Of a DNA stretch of 58,096 nucleotides, positions 17,378 through 26,463 are shown in pieces. Numbering within the stretch: the stretch's first letter is position 1; each line of letters begins with the position of its first letter. The stretch covers positions 53,510 through 111,605 of the forward strand of contig CAYZEK010000001.1 of assembly GCA_964477805.1 (NCBI GenBank). The letters are read 5' to 3'. Origin of the DNA: an uncultured Candidatus Saccharibacteria bacterium (GTDB lineage: Bacteria; Patescibacteriota; Doudnabacteria; UBA920). The translations under genes were made by a program, and so were the position numbers. The notes beneath the pieces were generated by a model. That model searched no databases. It was not told the DNA's origin and saw nothing but the letters and a program-made list of their open reading frames with translations.

Positions 17378-17919
17378 TGTCTGGGCATAGTAAATGGTCA
17401 ACAATAAAAAGGGCAAAAGGCGCAACTGATGCTAAGCGTGGGGCTATTTTTGGAAAACTTTCAAAAAAAATCTCTGTGGCAACAAAAGAAGGGAATAATG
17501 GAGATCCAACCTTCAATTCACGCCTACGGCTTGAAATAGAACGTGCCAAAGCACTAGGAATGCCAAATGAAAATATTAACAGAGCCATCAAAAAGGGATT
17601 GGGCAACGACGGCTCTGCTATCCTAGAAAAAGTAGTATATGAAGGTTATGGACCAGGAGGGTCTGCTTTCTACATAGAAGCTATTACTGATAGTCGCAAT
17701 CGCACTGTCCAAAATATCAAAACCATTTTTACCAAAAATGGAGGGAATCTTGGAGCCCAAGGGAGTGTTTCTTGGCAATTCAAAAATAATGAACAAGACG
17801 AACTGGTCAGCACTACCTCACTTGAACTTAACGACGAAGATTTAGCTAAAGCACTCAAGCTCAATAATTCACTTGAGGAAGACGATGATGTCACAGCAGT
17901 TTATACGAATATTGCATAA
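17377..17919 (+). CDS. YebC/PmpR family transcriptional regulator (short form)
   Basis: 180 aa with N-terminus [22 protein letters not shown]. It is about 60 aa shorter than typical YebC. The conserved yebC-ruvC adjacency is present. Confidence 0.85.
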   Translation: MSGHSKWSTIKRAKGATDAKRGAIFGKLSKKISVATKEGNNGDPTFNSRLRLEIERAKALGMPNENINRAIKKGLGNDGSAILEKVVYEGYGPGGSAFYIEAITDSRNRTVQNIKTIFTKNGGNLGAQGSVSWQFKNNEQDELVSTTSLELNDEDLAKALKLNNSLEEDDDVTAVYTNIA

Positions 17920-17937
17920 CCATTTAAATAAGAAGGT

Positions 17938-18417
17938 ATGATCTATTTAGGAATTGACCCTGGCACGGCCACAACTGGGTTTGGAATTATCAAAAAAAAT
18001 GAAAACCAAAAACAAGAATTTAAGATTCTAGAATTTGGTGTAATTGAAACTAACAAAAAACTTTCTGATAGTGCGCGTTTAAAAGTTTTATATGACGATT
18101 TAGTTTCCGTGATAAAAAAATATAGCCCAAAATATGTTGGAGTGGAGAAGTTGTTTTTTACTAAAAACCAAACAACAGCCATGACCGTGTCTCAGGCGAG
18201 AGGGGTTGTCTTGTTAGCATGCCAGCAAGCAAACATACCACTCCTAGAATTAACACCACTGCAAGTAAAAAACACTTTGTGTGGTTACGGGAAAGCAGAC
18301 AAAAAACAAATACAATCCATGGTCCAAAAAACTTTCAATCTCAAACGTATTCCCAAGCCAGATGATGCTGCAGATGCTCTAGCAATAGCGCTGTGTACAG
18401 CAATTTGGAAAAAATAA
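17938..18417 (+). CDS. ruvC: crossover junction endodeoxyribonuclease RuvC
   Basis: 159 aa. GIDPGTATTGFGII, VEKLFF and PDDAADALAIAL carry the catalytic acidic residues. Confidence 0.9.
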   Translation: MIYLGIDPGTATTGFGIIKKNENQKQEFKILEFGVIETNKKLSDSARLKVLYDDLVSVIKKYSPKYVGVEKLFFTKNQTTAMTVSQARGVVLLACQQANIPLLELTPLQVKNTLCGYGKADKKQIQSMVQKTFNLKRIPKPDDAADALAIALCTAIWKK

Positions 18418-18452
18418 TGTTTTTGAGTAAAAAAATTTCTTTAAAAAAAGAC

Positions 18453-18481
18453 TGGACAAAATAATTCGTTAATGATACAAT
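18453..18481 (+). promoter_or_regulatory. promoter TGGACA-17-TGaTACAAT for the micro-ORF unit
   Basis: -35 at 18453-18458 and extended -10 at 18473-18481. Confidence 0.5.
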
Positions 18482-18558
18482 GTGATTAACAGTTCAGCAA
18501 ATTTGAACTGCGTATTTTATTCACTAATGTCTTGCTTAAGCTAGACGGGAGAACTACA

Positions 18559-18672
18559 ATGTTCTTAGACGAAGAAAACACAGAAGAAGTTGCTTCTGAA
18601 GCTACTCCAGTAGAATCTACTGAAGCTACATCAGAAGAAACTCCAGCTACTACTGAAGAAGCTGCTGAATAA
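18559..18672 (+). CDS. 37-aa highly acidic Glu/Thr/Ala-rich peptide (not in the ORF track)
   Basis: ATG at 18559 is preceded by GGGAGA 8 nt upstream. Translation: MFLDEENTEEVASEATPVESTEATSEETPATTEEAAE. TAA at 18670. It has its own promoter and a strong terminator. Confidence 0.45.
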   Translation: MFLDEENTEEVASEATPVESTEATSEETPATTEEAAE

Positions 18673-18676
18673 TTTA

Positions 18677-18706
18677 AAACCCTCAATTCGTTGAGGGTTT
18701 TAAATT
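18677..18706. terminator. bidirectional intrinsic terminator (micro-ORF and tyrS)
   Basis: AAACCCTCAA-ttcg-TTGAGGGTTT with T-rich flanks on both strands. Confidence 0.8.
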
Positions 18707-18734
18707 TGCTCGCCAGTAATTCTATTAAGAAAAT

Positions 18735-19913
18735 TTATTTTATTTTTAGAAACTTTCGTTTTCCTACTTGAATTAACAAGTTATTTTTTTTACCTACGGA
18801 GAGCAGTTTATCAGATTTCACGACTTCTTGATTAACCCTAATTCCGCCTTGTTGGATCAATCTACGGGCCTCACTTTTACTGCTGACCATATTTGCTTCG
18901 ACCAATACATCAACCAAAGAATACGAGCCTTCCTTCAATTTCCTTTCTGGAATATCTGAAGGAAGTTCTTTTTTACTAAACTGTGAAATAAAATTTTCTT
19001 TAGCTTTATCGGCACCCTGTCGACCGTGGTATAACTCAACTAGGGTATGGGCTAAAAGTAATTTTTGATCACGGGGATTACTATGTGTTTTTTTTATTTC
19101 CTCTATTTGTCTCTGCGGAATATTGGTAGCAAGAACAAAATATTGTTCAATCAATTCATCTTTGATGGTCATTGCTTTACCAAACATAGTTTGCGCGTCA
19201 TCCAAAATATTAATCGTATTCCCATACGACTTAGACATCTTTCTACCATCTGATCCTAACAACAAATCAATCATCAAAACATCTTGTGGTGATTGCTTAA
19301 AATACTCTTGTAAAGTTCTTCCGGCCAGCATATTAAACAATTGATCAGTTCCCCCGATCTCAACATCAGCTCTTATTGCAACGCTGTCGTAGCCTTGCAT
19401 CAATGGGTACAACAACTCTCGTAACCCCACCCTTTTCCCTGCCTTTAATCTCTTTTTAATTAACTCTCTAGAAATGAACTCATTCACACTGAATTGATCA
19501 GCCAGTTTTCCGATTTCATTAAAGTCTAATTTTTTAAGCCAGGTTGAATTGTAGACTGCTTCAGTTTTAGTTTTATCCAAAATTTTAAACACTTGATCAA
19601 AGTAAGTTTTGATATTTTCTTTGACTTGCTTCTCGCTTAACATCGGACGCTCTGATTCTTTGTCTGAGTTATCACCAATAAGTGCTGTAAAATCTCCGAC
19701 GATAATAACCACCTGATGCCCTAAGTCCTGGAAAGCTCGAAGCTTTAATAAAGTTGCCCCATTACCAATATGAATCAACGGGCTGGTCGGATCAAACCCC
19801 AATTTTACCCGAAGCTTTTTGCGTCCCTTCAAAAGGGATTCTAAATGTTTTTTATGAATAACTTGCTTTACACCCCGTTGCAGGATGTCCTGGATTCGTT
19901 CGTCTTTAGTCAT
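18735..19913 (-). CDS. tyrS: tyrosine--tRNA ligase
   Basis: Class I HIGH-like (LIHIGN) and KMSKS motifs plus a C-terminal S4 domain. The ORF track starts at a TTG (19925); the first ATG is at 19913. Confidence 0.93.
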   Translation of the reverse strand: MTKDERIQDILQRGVKQVIHKKHLESLLKGRKKLRVKLGFDPTSPLIHIGNGATLLKLRAFQDLGHQVVIIVGDFTALIGDNSDKESERPMLSEKQVKENIKTYFDQVFKILDKTKTEAVYNSTWLKKLDFNEIGKLADQFSVNEFISRELIKKRLKAGKRVGLRELLYPLMQGYDSVAIRADVEIGGTDQLFNMLAGRTLQEYFKQSPQDVLMIDLLLGSDGRKMSKSYGNTINILDDAQTMFGKAMTIKDELIEQYFVLATNIPQRQIEEIKKTHSNPRDQKLLLAHTLVELYHGRQGADKAKENFISQFSKKELPSDIPERKLKEGSYSLVDVLVEANMVSSKSEARRLIQQGGIRVNQEVVKSDKLLSVGKKNNLLIQVGKRKFLKIK

Positions 19914-20010
19914 GCTTAGTTTCAATTACTTTAAAAGTTACTTTTTTAAATTTTATTCGTATAAATATAATAGAAGTATATCATCATTTCCTTTTTTGAA
20001 GCAAAATCAG

Positions 20011-20016
20011 TATAAT
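20011..20016 (+). promoter_or_regulatory. -10 box TATAAT 8 nt upstream of the ATG at 20025
   Basis: TATAAT at 20011-20016, followed by ATAAGAAT and then the ATG. No SD. Confidence 0.4.
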
Positions 20017-20024
20017 ATAAGAAT

Positions 20025-22862
20025 ATGAAGGTCTATAATTTTGATAATCAATCCAGAAAGCCTAAACAGGTGGTTTCCACACTTTCTAATAATCAATCTA
20101 AGTCTAATCAGAAATCCCATAACAAAAATTGGCGTGGGTATATCCGAAATCTCCCGTGGACAAAAATTGGGACATGGGGTTTTCGGATTGGTGCGGCAGG
20201 GGTGCTATTCATTGCGTTCCTATTTATCTACTACAGCCGTGTTTTACCTGACCCAAATCGTTTACTCGGGCGCGATGTGCCAGAAAGTACAAAAATCTAC
20301 GCCCGGGACGAGACCTTGCTTTACGAAGTACATGGTGAGGTTAAGCGTACTTTAGTAAACCTCGATCAAATCAATGATAATCTGAAAGATGCGACAATTG
20401 TTGCTGAGGATAGAAATTTTTATAATCATGCAGGCATATCCATCACTGGCTTAATGCGTTCTGTTATTGTAGATATTATATATAGAGAGAAGCGTCAGGG
20501 TGGAAGCACGATTACACAGCAGTTTGTAAAAAATGCCATGCTGACAAATGATAAATCCTATGTACGAAAAGTTAAGGAAATCATTTTATCAATTGAATTA
20601 GAAGCACGATTCAGCAAAGAAGAAATTCTAAAAATGTATTTGAACGAAATCCCATACGGTCGAAATGCCTATGGGATCCAAGCAGCTAGTCAAACTTATT
20701 TCGAAAAAAATGCCTCAGACCTAACCATTGCTGAAAGTGCGTATCTCGCTGCCCTCCCACAAGCGCCGTCCTACTACAACCCAAGTGGTCCGAATTTTGA
20801 TGCTCTGGAAGCACGTCAGCAGTACATCCTAAGCCAAATGAAGGATTTGGGATACATAACCGAAGATGAATACAACACTGCCAAAGATGAGAAAGTAGTA
20901 TTCCAACAAATTAAAAACTCAATTAAAGCTCCACATTTTGTACTCTACGTTCAAGATTACTTGGCAGAGAAATATGGGGAACAAACCTTGCAAGAGGGTG
21001 GATTAAAAGTATATACCACTCTTGACCCCAAGCTCCAAGAGATTGCCGAGAAAGCAGTTGCTGACGGAGCAGCAAAGAACATTTCTGCCAATGGCTATAA
21101 TGCTTCGCTAGTAGCGATTGACCCAAAGACTGGACAAATCCTAGCCATGGTGGGGAGTAAAGATTACTTTGGAGAAAGCTATCCAGAAAACTGTAATCCG
21201 AAAACTTGTTTGTTTAGTCCTAATGTAAATATTGCAACAACCCTGCAACAACCAGGCTCTAGTTTTAAACCGTACGCTTACGTAACTGCATTTGGTCGTG
21301 AATTTAAATACTCTCCCTCCAGCATGTTAGTTGATGTAAAAACAGATTTTGGTGGTGGGTATTCTCCAAATAACTTTAACTTTTCTCAAAACGGGCCATT
21401 GCCTATGCGGAAAGCTTTGGCTGGGAGTTTAAATATTCCTGCCGTAAAAACAATCGCATTGGTGGGTGAGGATAAAGTTATAGAAACCGCACGAAGCCTT
21501 GGAATCAATGCTCAATTCAAAGATTGTGGTTTGTCTTTAGTGTTAGGTGGTTGTGATGTGACTTTGCTTGACCATACCGCAGCATATGCAGCTCTCGCCA
21601 ATAAAGGAAAAAAGAACGAAAAAACCGCCATTCTTAAAATTGTTAGTCAAGACGGGAAAACATTAGAAGAATATAAAGAAAAAAGCGAGCAAGTTCTGGA
21701 TGAACAAGCAGTATATCTTTTAACCAGCATTATGTCTGACAACAATGCTCGCGCTTTTGTGTTTGGTAGTAATTCAGCTCTGCAACTTGGGAATAGGCCA
21801 GTTGCTGCAAAAACTGGGACCACACAAGATTTCCGAGATGGCTGGACAATGGGCTTTACTCCAAGTCTAGCGGCAGGGGTGTGGACGGGAAATAATAATA
21901 ATGTTCCGATGAAGAAAGATGCTGTGCTAATGGCAGGTCCAATTTGGAATCAGTTCATGAGAGAAGCATTAAAAGATACGCCAATTGAACAATTTGAAAA
22001 ACCGTCCGGAATTACAACAGTAACAGTAGACGCAATCTCAGGAAAACTACCTACTGAATACACACCAGAGACTCGTTCCGACGTGTTTGCTGATTATTCA
22101 GTCCCAACCCAATACGATGATGTGCATATCCCTGTCAAAATTGATTCTTTAACAGGACAGCCAGCAACTGACTTAACCCCGCCGGGGCAAATTACAATTG
22201 AAGTATACAAAGTTCTGCACAGCGAGCGACCAAAAAATCCAGCCTGGGAAAATCCAGTAGTTGCTTGGGCCTTAGCAAATGGTTACAAATACCCTCCTGG
22301 TAGCGGGATAGAAAACCCTCAAGGAGATGGGAAAATCATTATTACCTCACCAACAGATAACTCCACGATCACCGATACACCACTGGTGATAAACATGACA
22401 GTGCAAGGGGATAATATTGCGCGAATTGATGTTTCGGTTGATGGTGAGTTTGAAGAAAGTATAGAAGAATCACCGTGGCGAATACGACTAAATAAAAAAT
22501 ATTCAGATGGCACTCATACAATAACTACAAAAGTTGTTTACAACGATGGAACGAGTGCAACCGATAGTGTTAATGTAATCTATGCGCTTGGCGGGGGACT
22601 AGAAATGTCGGTATCTGGAGGTGGGTCAGATTTCCCTCTAGACCTAAGCGCTGAAAGTCCTGCTAAATATAATGATGTTAGTTTTTACTATCAGCAAGGA
22701 AATAAGTCTACTTTAATAGGGCAAGCTGATATTTCTAAGACTGGGAATAAATATGTTTATTCCATTACCTGGAGTTCATCACCACCAACTGGGAATTACC
22801 AAATTTATGCTCGAACAAGTACAGGAATTCAAAGTGACAAAATCACTATTAATGTCCCATAA
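20025..22862 (+). CDS. class A penicillin-binding protein (PBP1A family) with a C-terminal Ig-like extension
   Basis: 945 aa. Membrane anchor, GT51 motifs (EDRNFYNH, GGSTITQQ), transpeptidase SxxK (SSFKP) and KTGT, then about 180 aa of beta-rich extra domains. Confidence 0.9.
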   Translation: MKVYNFDNQSRKPKQVVSTLSNNQSKSNQKSHNKNWRGYIRNLPWTKIGTWGFRIGAAGVLFIAFLFIYYSRVLPDPNRLLGRDVPESTKIYARDETLLYEVHGEVKRTLVNLDQINDNLKDATIVAEDRNFYNHAGISITGLMRSVIVDIIYREKRQGGSTITQQFVKNAMLTNDKSYVRKVKEIILSIELEARFSKEEILKMYLNEIPYGRNAYGIQAASQTYFEKNASDLTIAESAYLAALPQAPSYYNPSGPNFDALEARQQYILSQMKDLGYITEDEYNTAKDEKVVFQQIKNSIKAPHFVLYVQDYLAEKYGEQTLQEGGLKVYTTLDPKLQEIAEKAVADGAAKNISANGYNASLVAIDPKTGQILAMVGSKDYFGESYPENCNPKTCLFSPNVNIATTLQQPGSSFKPYAYVTAFGREFKYSPSSMLVDVKTDFGGGYSPNNFNFSQNGPLPMRKALAGSLNIPAVKTIALVGEDKVIETARSLGINAQFKDCGLSLVLGGCDVTLLDHTAAYAALANKGKKNEKTAILKIVSQDGKTLEEYKEKSEQVLDEQAVYLLTSIMSDNNARAFVFGSNSALQLGNRPVAAKTGTTQDFRDGWTMGFTPSLAAGVWTGNNNNVPMKKDAVLMAGPIWNQFMREALKDTPIEQFEKPSGITTVTVDAISGKLPTEYTPETRSDVFADYSVPTQYDDVHIPVKIDSLTGQPATDLTPPGQITIEVYKVLHSERPKNPAWENPVVAWALANGYKYPPGSGIENPQGDGKIIITSPTDNSTITDTPLVINMTVQGDNIARIDVSVDGEFEESIEESPWRIRLNKKYSDGTHTITTKVVYNDGTSATDSVNVIYALGGGLEMSVSGGGSDFPLDLSAESPAKYNDVSFYYQQGNKSTLIGQADISKTGNKYVYSITWSSSPPTGNYQIYARTSTGIQSDKITINVP

Positions 22863-22870
22863 TTTAGTCT

Positions 22871-23341
22871 TTATATAGAAAGTTTAATGTACCGATTTGG
22901 TTCTTGGCCAACACTTTCTGTCGTAACATGGGGGAATTGTTCTTGAATATACATGTGAACAAATTTCCGTTCGTACTTGGGCATAGTAGGGAGTGAAGTT
23001 GATTTTCCCGAAAGTTTCATTTTACCCACCGCTTCTTTAATCATCTGTTTGATTTGGTATTGGCGGTTACGTTTGTAATCATCAACATCAACAGAAAAAA
23101 AGACTCGTTCTAAATTTTCTGTTGATAAACCACGCGCAACAATCGCATGAATAATATGTTCTAAAGAGTATAAAGTTGTTCCTTGATGACCGATTAATAA
23201 TTTTGCGTCACGACTGAAAATATTAAATATCAATCCACCTGACAAGCTATCTTCATATTCAATACGAGCTTGAATTCCTGCGTGCTCAAGAATGTCCTTG
23301 ATTACTGATTGAATATAGTCAATTGTCTGGTATCCTGCCAT
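22871..23341 (-). CDS. jag: Jag/R3H-domain RNA-binding protein
   Basis: 156 aa KH-like plus R3H region (ERKFVHMYI). Conserved position downstream of yidC. Confidence 0.75.
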   Translation of the reverse strand: MAGYQTIDYIQSVIKDILEHAGIQARIEYEDSLSGGLIFNIFSRDAKLLIGHQGTTLYSLEHIIHAIVARGLSTENLERVFFSVDVDDYKRNRQYQIKQMIKEAVGKMKLSGKSTSLPTMPKYERKFVHMYIQEQFPHVTTESVGQEPNRYIKLSI

Positions 23342-23348
23342 GGTACGA

Positions 23349-24053
23349 TTACTTAATTTCTATAGTGTGAGTTTTGTTAATATACCATTGTTGGCCAATC
23401 GCAAATAAAGTAGTAACAACCCAATAAAGTGGAAGTCCAGCAGGTAATCGCCAAGCGATAACAACAGAAATGATTGGCAAAATATACATCATTTGGATAT
23501 TCAAGGCCTTGGTTGTGGCATCTCCTGCGCCAGGGGTTTGCCATTTGGAAATCATCCAGCTTTGAGCAAATTGTACGGCTCCAGCTAAAATTGCCAAGAC
23601 TATATTTGGATGAGAAAGATCTATCAAGCCAAAAAGTTTGGGGTTTAACACCCCTGGATTGTGAACAAAAGAATATAAACCAGCCAGATTTCCTTTAAGT
23701 GCCTTTGCGAATACCTGATATAAAGAAACTAAAATTGGTAATTGAATGATTAACGGGAGACAGGAAGAAAATGGACTAACCCCATTATCTTTATAAATCG
23801 ACATCATTGCCTTTGCTTGTTCTTGCTGGTTATCTTTGTGTTTTTCACGAAGTTCAGCGATCTTTGGTTGTAACGCACTCATGTGCTTTTGGCTCTTGAG
23901 TGATTTATGCATAAATGGTGCAAGAATCAAACGAATCACTATAGTAACTAAAATAATTACCACACCAACATCATGGCCAGGGATCGTATTGTATAACCAA
24001 ACCAAAAGATTAAGGATCGGTTCGTAAATGATTGTATTATATATTTCTATCAT
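23349..24053 (-). CDS. yidC: membrane protein insertase YidC (short form)
   Basis: 234 aa with 5 TM helices. KSQKHMSALQPKIAELREKHKDN and SPFSSCLPLIIQLPI match the YidC/Oxa1 core. Confidence 0.9.
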   Translation of the reverse strand: MIEIYNTIIYEPILNLLVWLYNTIPGHDVGVVIILVTIVIRLILAPFMHKSLKSQKHMSALQPKIAELREKHKDNQQEQAKAMMSIYKDNGVSPFSSCLPLIIQLPILVSLYQVFAKALKGNLAGLYSFVHNPGVLNPKLFGLIDLSHPNIVLAILAGAVQFAQSWMISKWQTPGAGDATTKALNIQMMYILPIISVVIAWRLPAGLPLYWVVTTLFAIGQQWYINKTHTIEIK

Positions 24054-24061
24054 ATTGTTTA

Positions 24062-24301
24062 TTATAGTTTAGGAACAGGATCTACGCCAGGTACAGCAAA
24101 TGGGTTACATCGAGTAATCCGCTTTATAGCTTGCCAGCTACCACGAATGCTTCCATTCAACAAAATGGCATCAATTGCATACTGACTACAGGTTGGATAA
24201 TATCGGCAGTAGCCATGTGGCCAACGGGCCTTGAACAAACCATGGTCTGGAGATAATGTGCGCTGGTATATTTTAATTAATTTAATCAGGAATACTTTCA
24301 T
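24062..24301 (-). CDS. yidD: membrane protein insertion efficiency factor YidD
   Basis: 79 aa. CRYYPTCSQYA motif. Confidence 0.9.
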   Translation of the reverse strand: MKVFLIKLIKIYQRTLSPDHGLFKARWPHGYCRYYPTCSQYAIDAILLNGSIRGSWQAIKRITRCNPFAVPGVDPVPKL

Positions 24302-24335
24302 TTCATATTAGTTTAGTTTTTGGATTTAGGGTTTA

Positions 24336-24683
24336 TTAATTTGAACTTGTTTTAATAATTTTAGCTATTGTTAAACTTTTAAACAACTCACTCCTAAGCT
24401 CTTTTGATTCTATTTTAAGAGCAAGTGGTTTGATTAAGAAAACATAACTACCAGTCTTAATATTATCAATATTTTTTCTTAATTCTTCGCGGACGATCCT
24501 CTTTATTCGATTTCTCTCAACCGCTTTCTTAGAAATTTTTGTAGAAACCACGACAGTGAACTTTTTTTCATCGTTTTGGGGGACGCTTTTGATGACAAAA
24601 TATTTATTAAAAAAACTCCGCCCTCGGGCTGTTGTTTTTTTAACGTCAGCTGATTTAGAGAGGCGGTGTTTTTTTGGAAACAT
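24336..24683 (-). CDS. rnpA: ribonuclease P protein component
   Basis: 115 aa, basic, with AVERNRIKR (RNR motif). Conserved position after rpmH. Confidence 0.85.
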   Translation of the reverse strand: MFPKKHRLSKSADVKKTTARGRSFFNKYFVIKSVPQNDEKKFTVVVSTKISKKAVERNRIKRIVREELRKNIDNIKTGSYVFLIKPLALKIESKELRSELFKSLTIAKIIKTSSN

Positions 24684-24704
24684 GGAAATTAAATTTTTAA
24701 TTTC

Positions 24705-24845
24705 TTTAAACAGTTAGTTTGTGGCGGCCTTTTTGGCGGCGACGGGCGAGTACTGCTCGGCCGGTTCTAGTAAGCATTCGCTTCATAAATCCATGTACAC
24801 GCATGCGTTTTTTCACTTTTGGTTGATAGGTTCGTTTTGCTGCCA
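24705..24845 (-). CDS. rpmH: 50S ribosomal protein L34 (not in the ORF track)
   Basis: The reverse complement translates to [46 protein letters not shown]. Confidence 0.92.
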
Positions 24846-24912
24846 TTCTTGAAAGTACTTTAATAAATATATCTTGTGTAATTATAATAAAAACTTAATA
24901 TTTAGTCAATCA

Positions 24913-24993
24913 TTATCCACTAATCCACAGATTTATTCCTTAAAAAATTCTGTATTTTTTATGAATTTCCATCTTAACCACAATTTGTCCACA
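24913..24993. promoter_or_regulatory. DnaA-box cluster upstream of dnaA (oriC part 1 / dnaA autoregulation)
   Basis: TTATCCACT at 24913-24921, TAATCCACA at 24921-24929, TTAACCACA at 24974-24982 and TTGTCCACA at 24985-24993. Confidence 0.75.
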
Positions 24994-25068
24994 ACTTATG
25001 AACACTTTTTATGATTTCCCTTGCAAATAAGCGGTAAATTCGACCATTTTACATGTTGATAACTATCC

Positions 25069-25077
25069 TGTCATAAT
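25069..25077 (+). promoter_or_regulatory. extended -10 (TGtCATAAT) 6 nt upstream of the dnaA ATG
   Basis: TGTCATAAT at 25069-25077, followed by GCCAAT and then the ATG at 25084. Confidence 0.4.
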
Positions 25078-25083
25078 GCCAAT

Positions 25084-26439
25084 ATGACTAACCAACAACT
25101 TTGGCAAGCTATTATTGGAGACCTGGAAATTACCTTAAGTAAAGCTAATTTTAATACTTGGTTCAAAAATACTGGCATTATTGAAAAGTCTGAAGATTAT
25201 GTAGTAGTTGGGGTACCTAGCAACTTCACAAAAGACTGGATTTCTAGTAAATACCAGGCGAATTTGCTCAAAGCTTTAAAAAATATTGCCCCTGAGGTAA
25301 AAACTATCAAATATTATGTTGGGCATTTTAAAAATGATTCATCATCTCAACCTGCTTTAATCTCAACTGAACCAAAGAAAACAGGTCAAAACGTTAAACA
25401 AATTAATGCGCAGCAATCTACTGGGAATTTAAACACCCAATATACATTTGAGACATTTGTTGTTGGGCACAATAGCGAATTAGCGTATGCGGCAAGCACT
25501 GCTGTTGCTAAGAATCCTGGCGCCCAATATAATCCATTATTTATTTATGGAGGAGTAGGGCTTGGCAAAACTCATTTAATGCACGCTGTAGGCCACAAGC
25601 TTTTAGCAAGTAACCCTGCTTTGAAAATCTTATACGTCACAAGTGAGAAATTTACCAATGATTATGTCTCAGCAATTCAACAAAAAAAAATAGATGAGTT
25701 TAAAAGACAATATCGGAATGTTGATATGCTATTAATTGATGATATTCAATTTATTGCCGGTAAAGAACAAACTCAAGAAGAGTTTTTTCATACATTCAAT
25801 GAACTTCGTGATAAAGGTAAGCAAATCATATTAACAGCTGATCGCTTACCAAAAGACATTCCTTCTATTGAACAACGATTAGTATCAAGATTTGAATGGG
25901 GAATGGTCGCTGACGTTGGCGCCCCTAATTTAGAGACCAGAATTGCGATCCTCCAAACTAAGTTAAATAAGAAAGGGGTTGAGGTTTCTAAAGAAGTAGT
26001 GGAATTTGTCGCCGAAAACATCATAAATAACATCCGAGAACTTGAAGGTGCTTTAAATAAACTTTTAGTTTATCAGCAAATAGAAAACAGGCCATTAACA
26101 GTAGAGCAAGCGAAAACAATTTTAGCTAGTATAGTAAATGCGAAAAAGAAAGCTGTTACTCTAAATAAAATTGCTGAATCAGTGGCTAATTTTTACAGCA
26201 TTACCCTAGAAGATTTATTAAAACAATCTAGGCGTAAAGAATATGTAAAACCACGTCAAACCGCTATGTATATTGCCAGAAAGGAATTAGGAAGTTCGTT
26301 TCCATCAATAGGAGAATTTTTCGGGGGTCGAGATCACACAACAGTAATGCATGGTGTAGAAAAAGTAGAAAAAGCAGTTAATGCAAATGATGATATTAAA
26401 CAGGAAGTTGAATTAATCCTTGAGAAAATCTATGCATAA
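25084..26439 (+). CDS. dnaA: chromosomal replication initiator protein DnaA
   Basis: 451 aa. AAA+ Walker A GGVGLGKTHL, LLIDDIQF, and C-terminal DNA-binding HTTV motif (GGRDHTTVMH). Confidence 0.97.
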   Translation: MTNQQLWQAIIGDLEITLSKANFNTWFKNTGIIEKSEDYVVVGVPSNFTKDWISSKYQANLLKALKNIAPEVKTIKYYVGHFKNDSSSQPALISTEPKKTGQNVKQINAQQSTGNLNTQYTFETFVVGHNSELAYAASTAVAKNPGAQYNPLFIYGGVGLGKTHLMHAVGHKLLASNPALKILYVTSEKFTNDYVSAIQQKKIDEFKRQYRNVDMLLIDDIQFIAGKEQTQEEFFHTFNELRDKGKQIILTADRLPKDIPSIEQRLVSRFEWGMVADVGAPNLETRIAILQTKLNKKGVEVSKEVVEFVAENIINNIRELEGALNKLLVYQQIENRPLTVEQAKTILASIVNAKKKAVTLNKIAESVANFYSITLEDLLKQSRRKEYVKPRQTAMYIARKELGSSFPSIGEFFGGRDHTTVMHGVEKVEKAVNANDDIKQEVELILEKIYA

Positions 26440-26463
26440 GTTATGTATAACTATATAATAAGT

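Noticed and set aside
18486-18686. 66-aa minus-strand ORF from the ORF track
   Set aside because: It has no promoter or SD, and its Ser/Val-rich low-complexity translation is the mirror of the acidic plus-strand micro-ORF. That micro-ORF has a promoter, an SD and a terminator, so the plus-strand reading is preferred.
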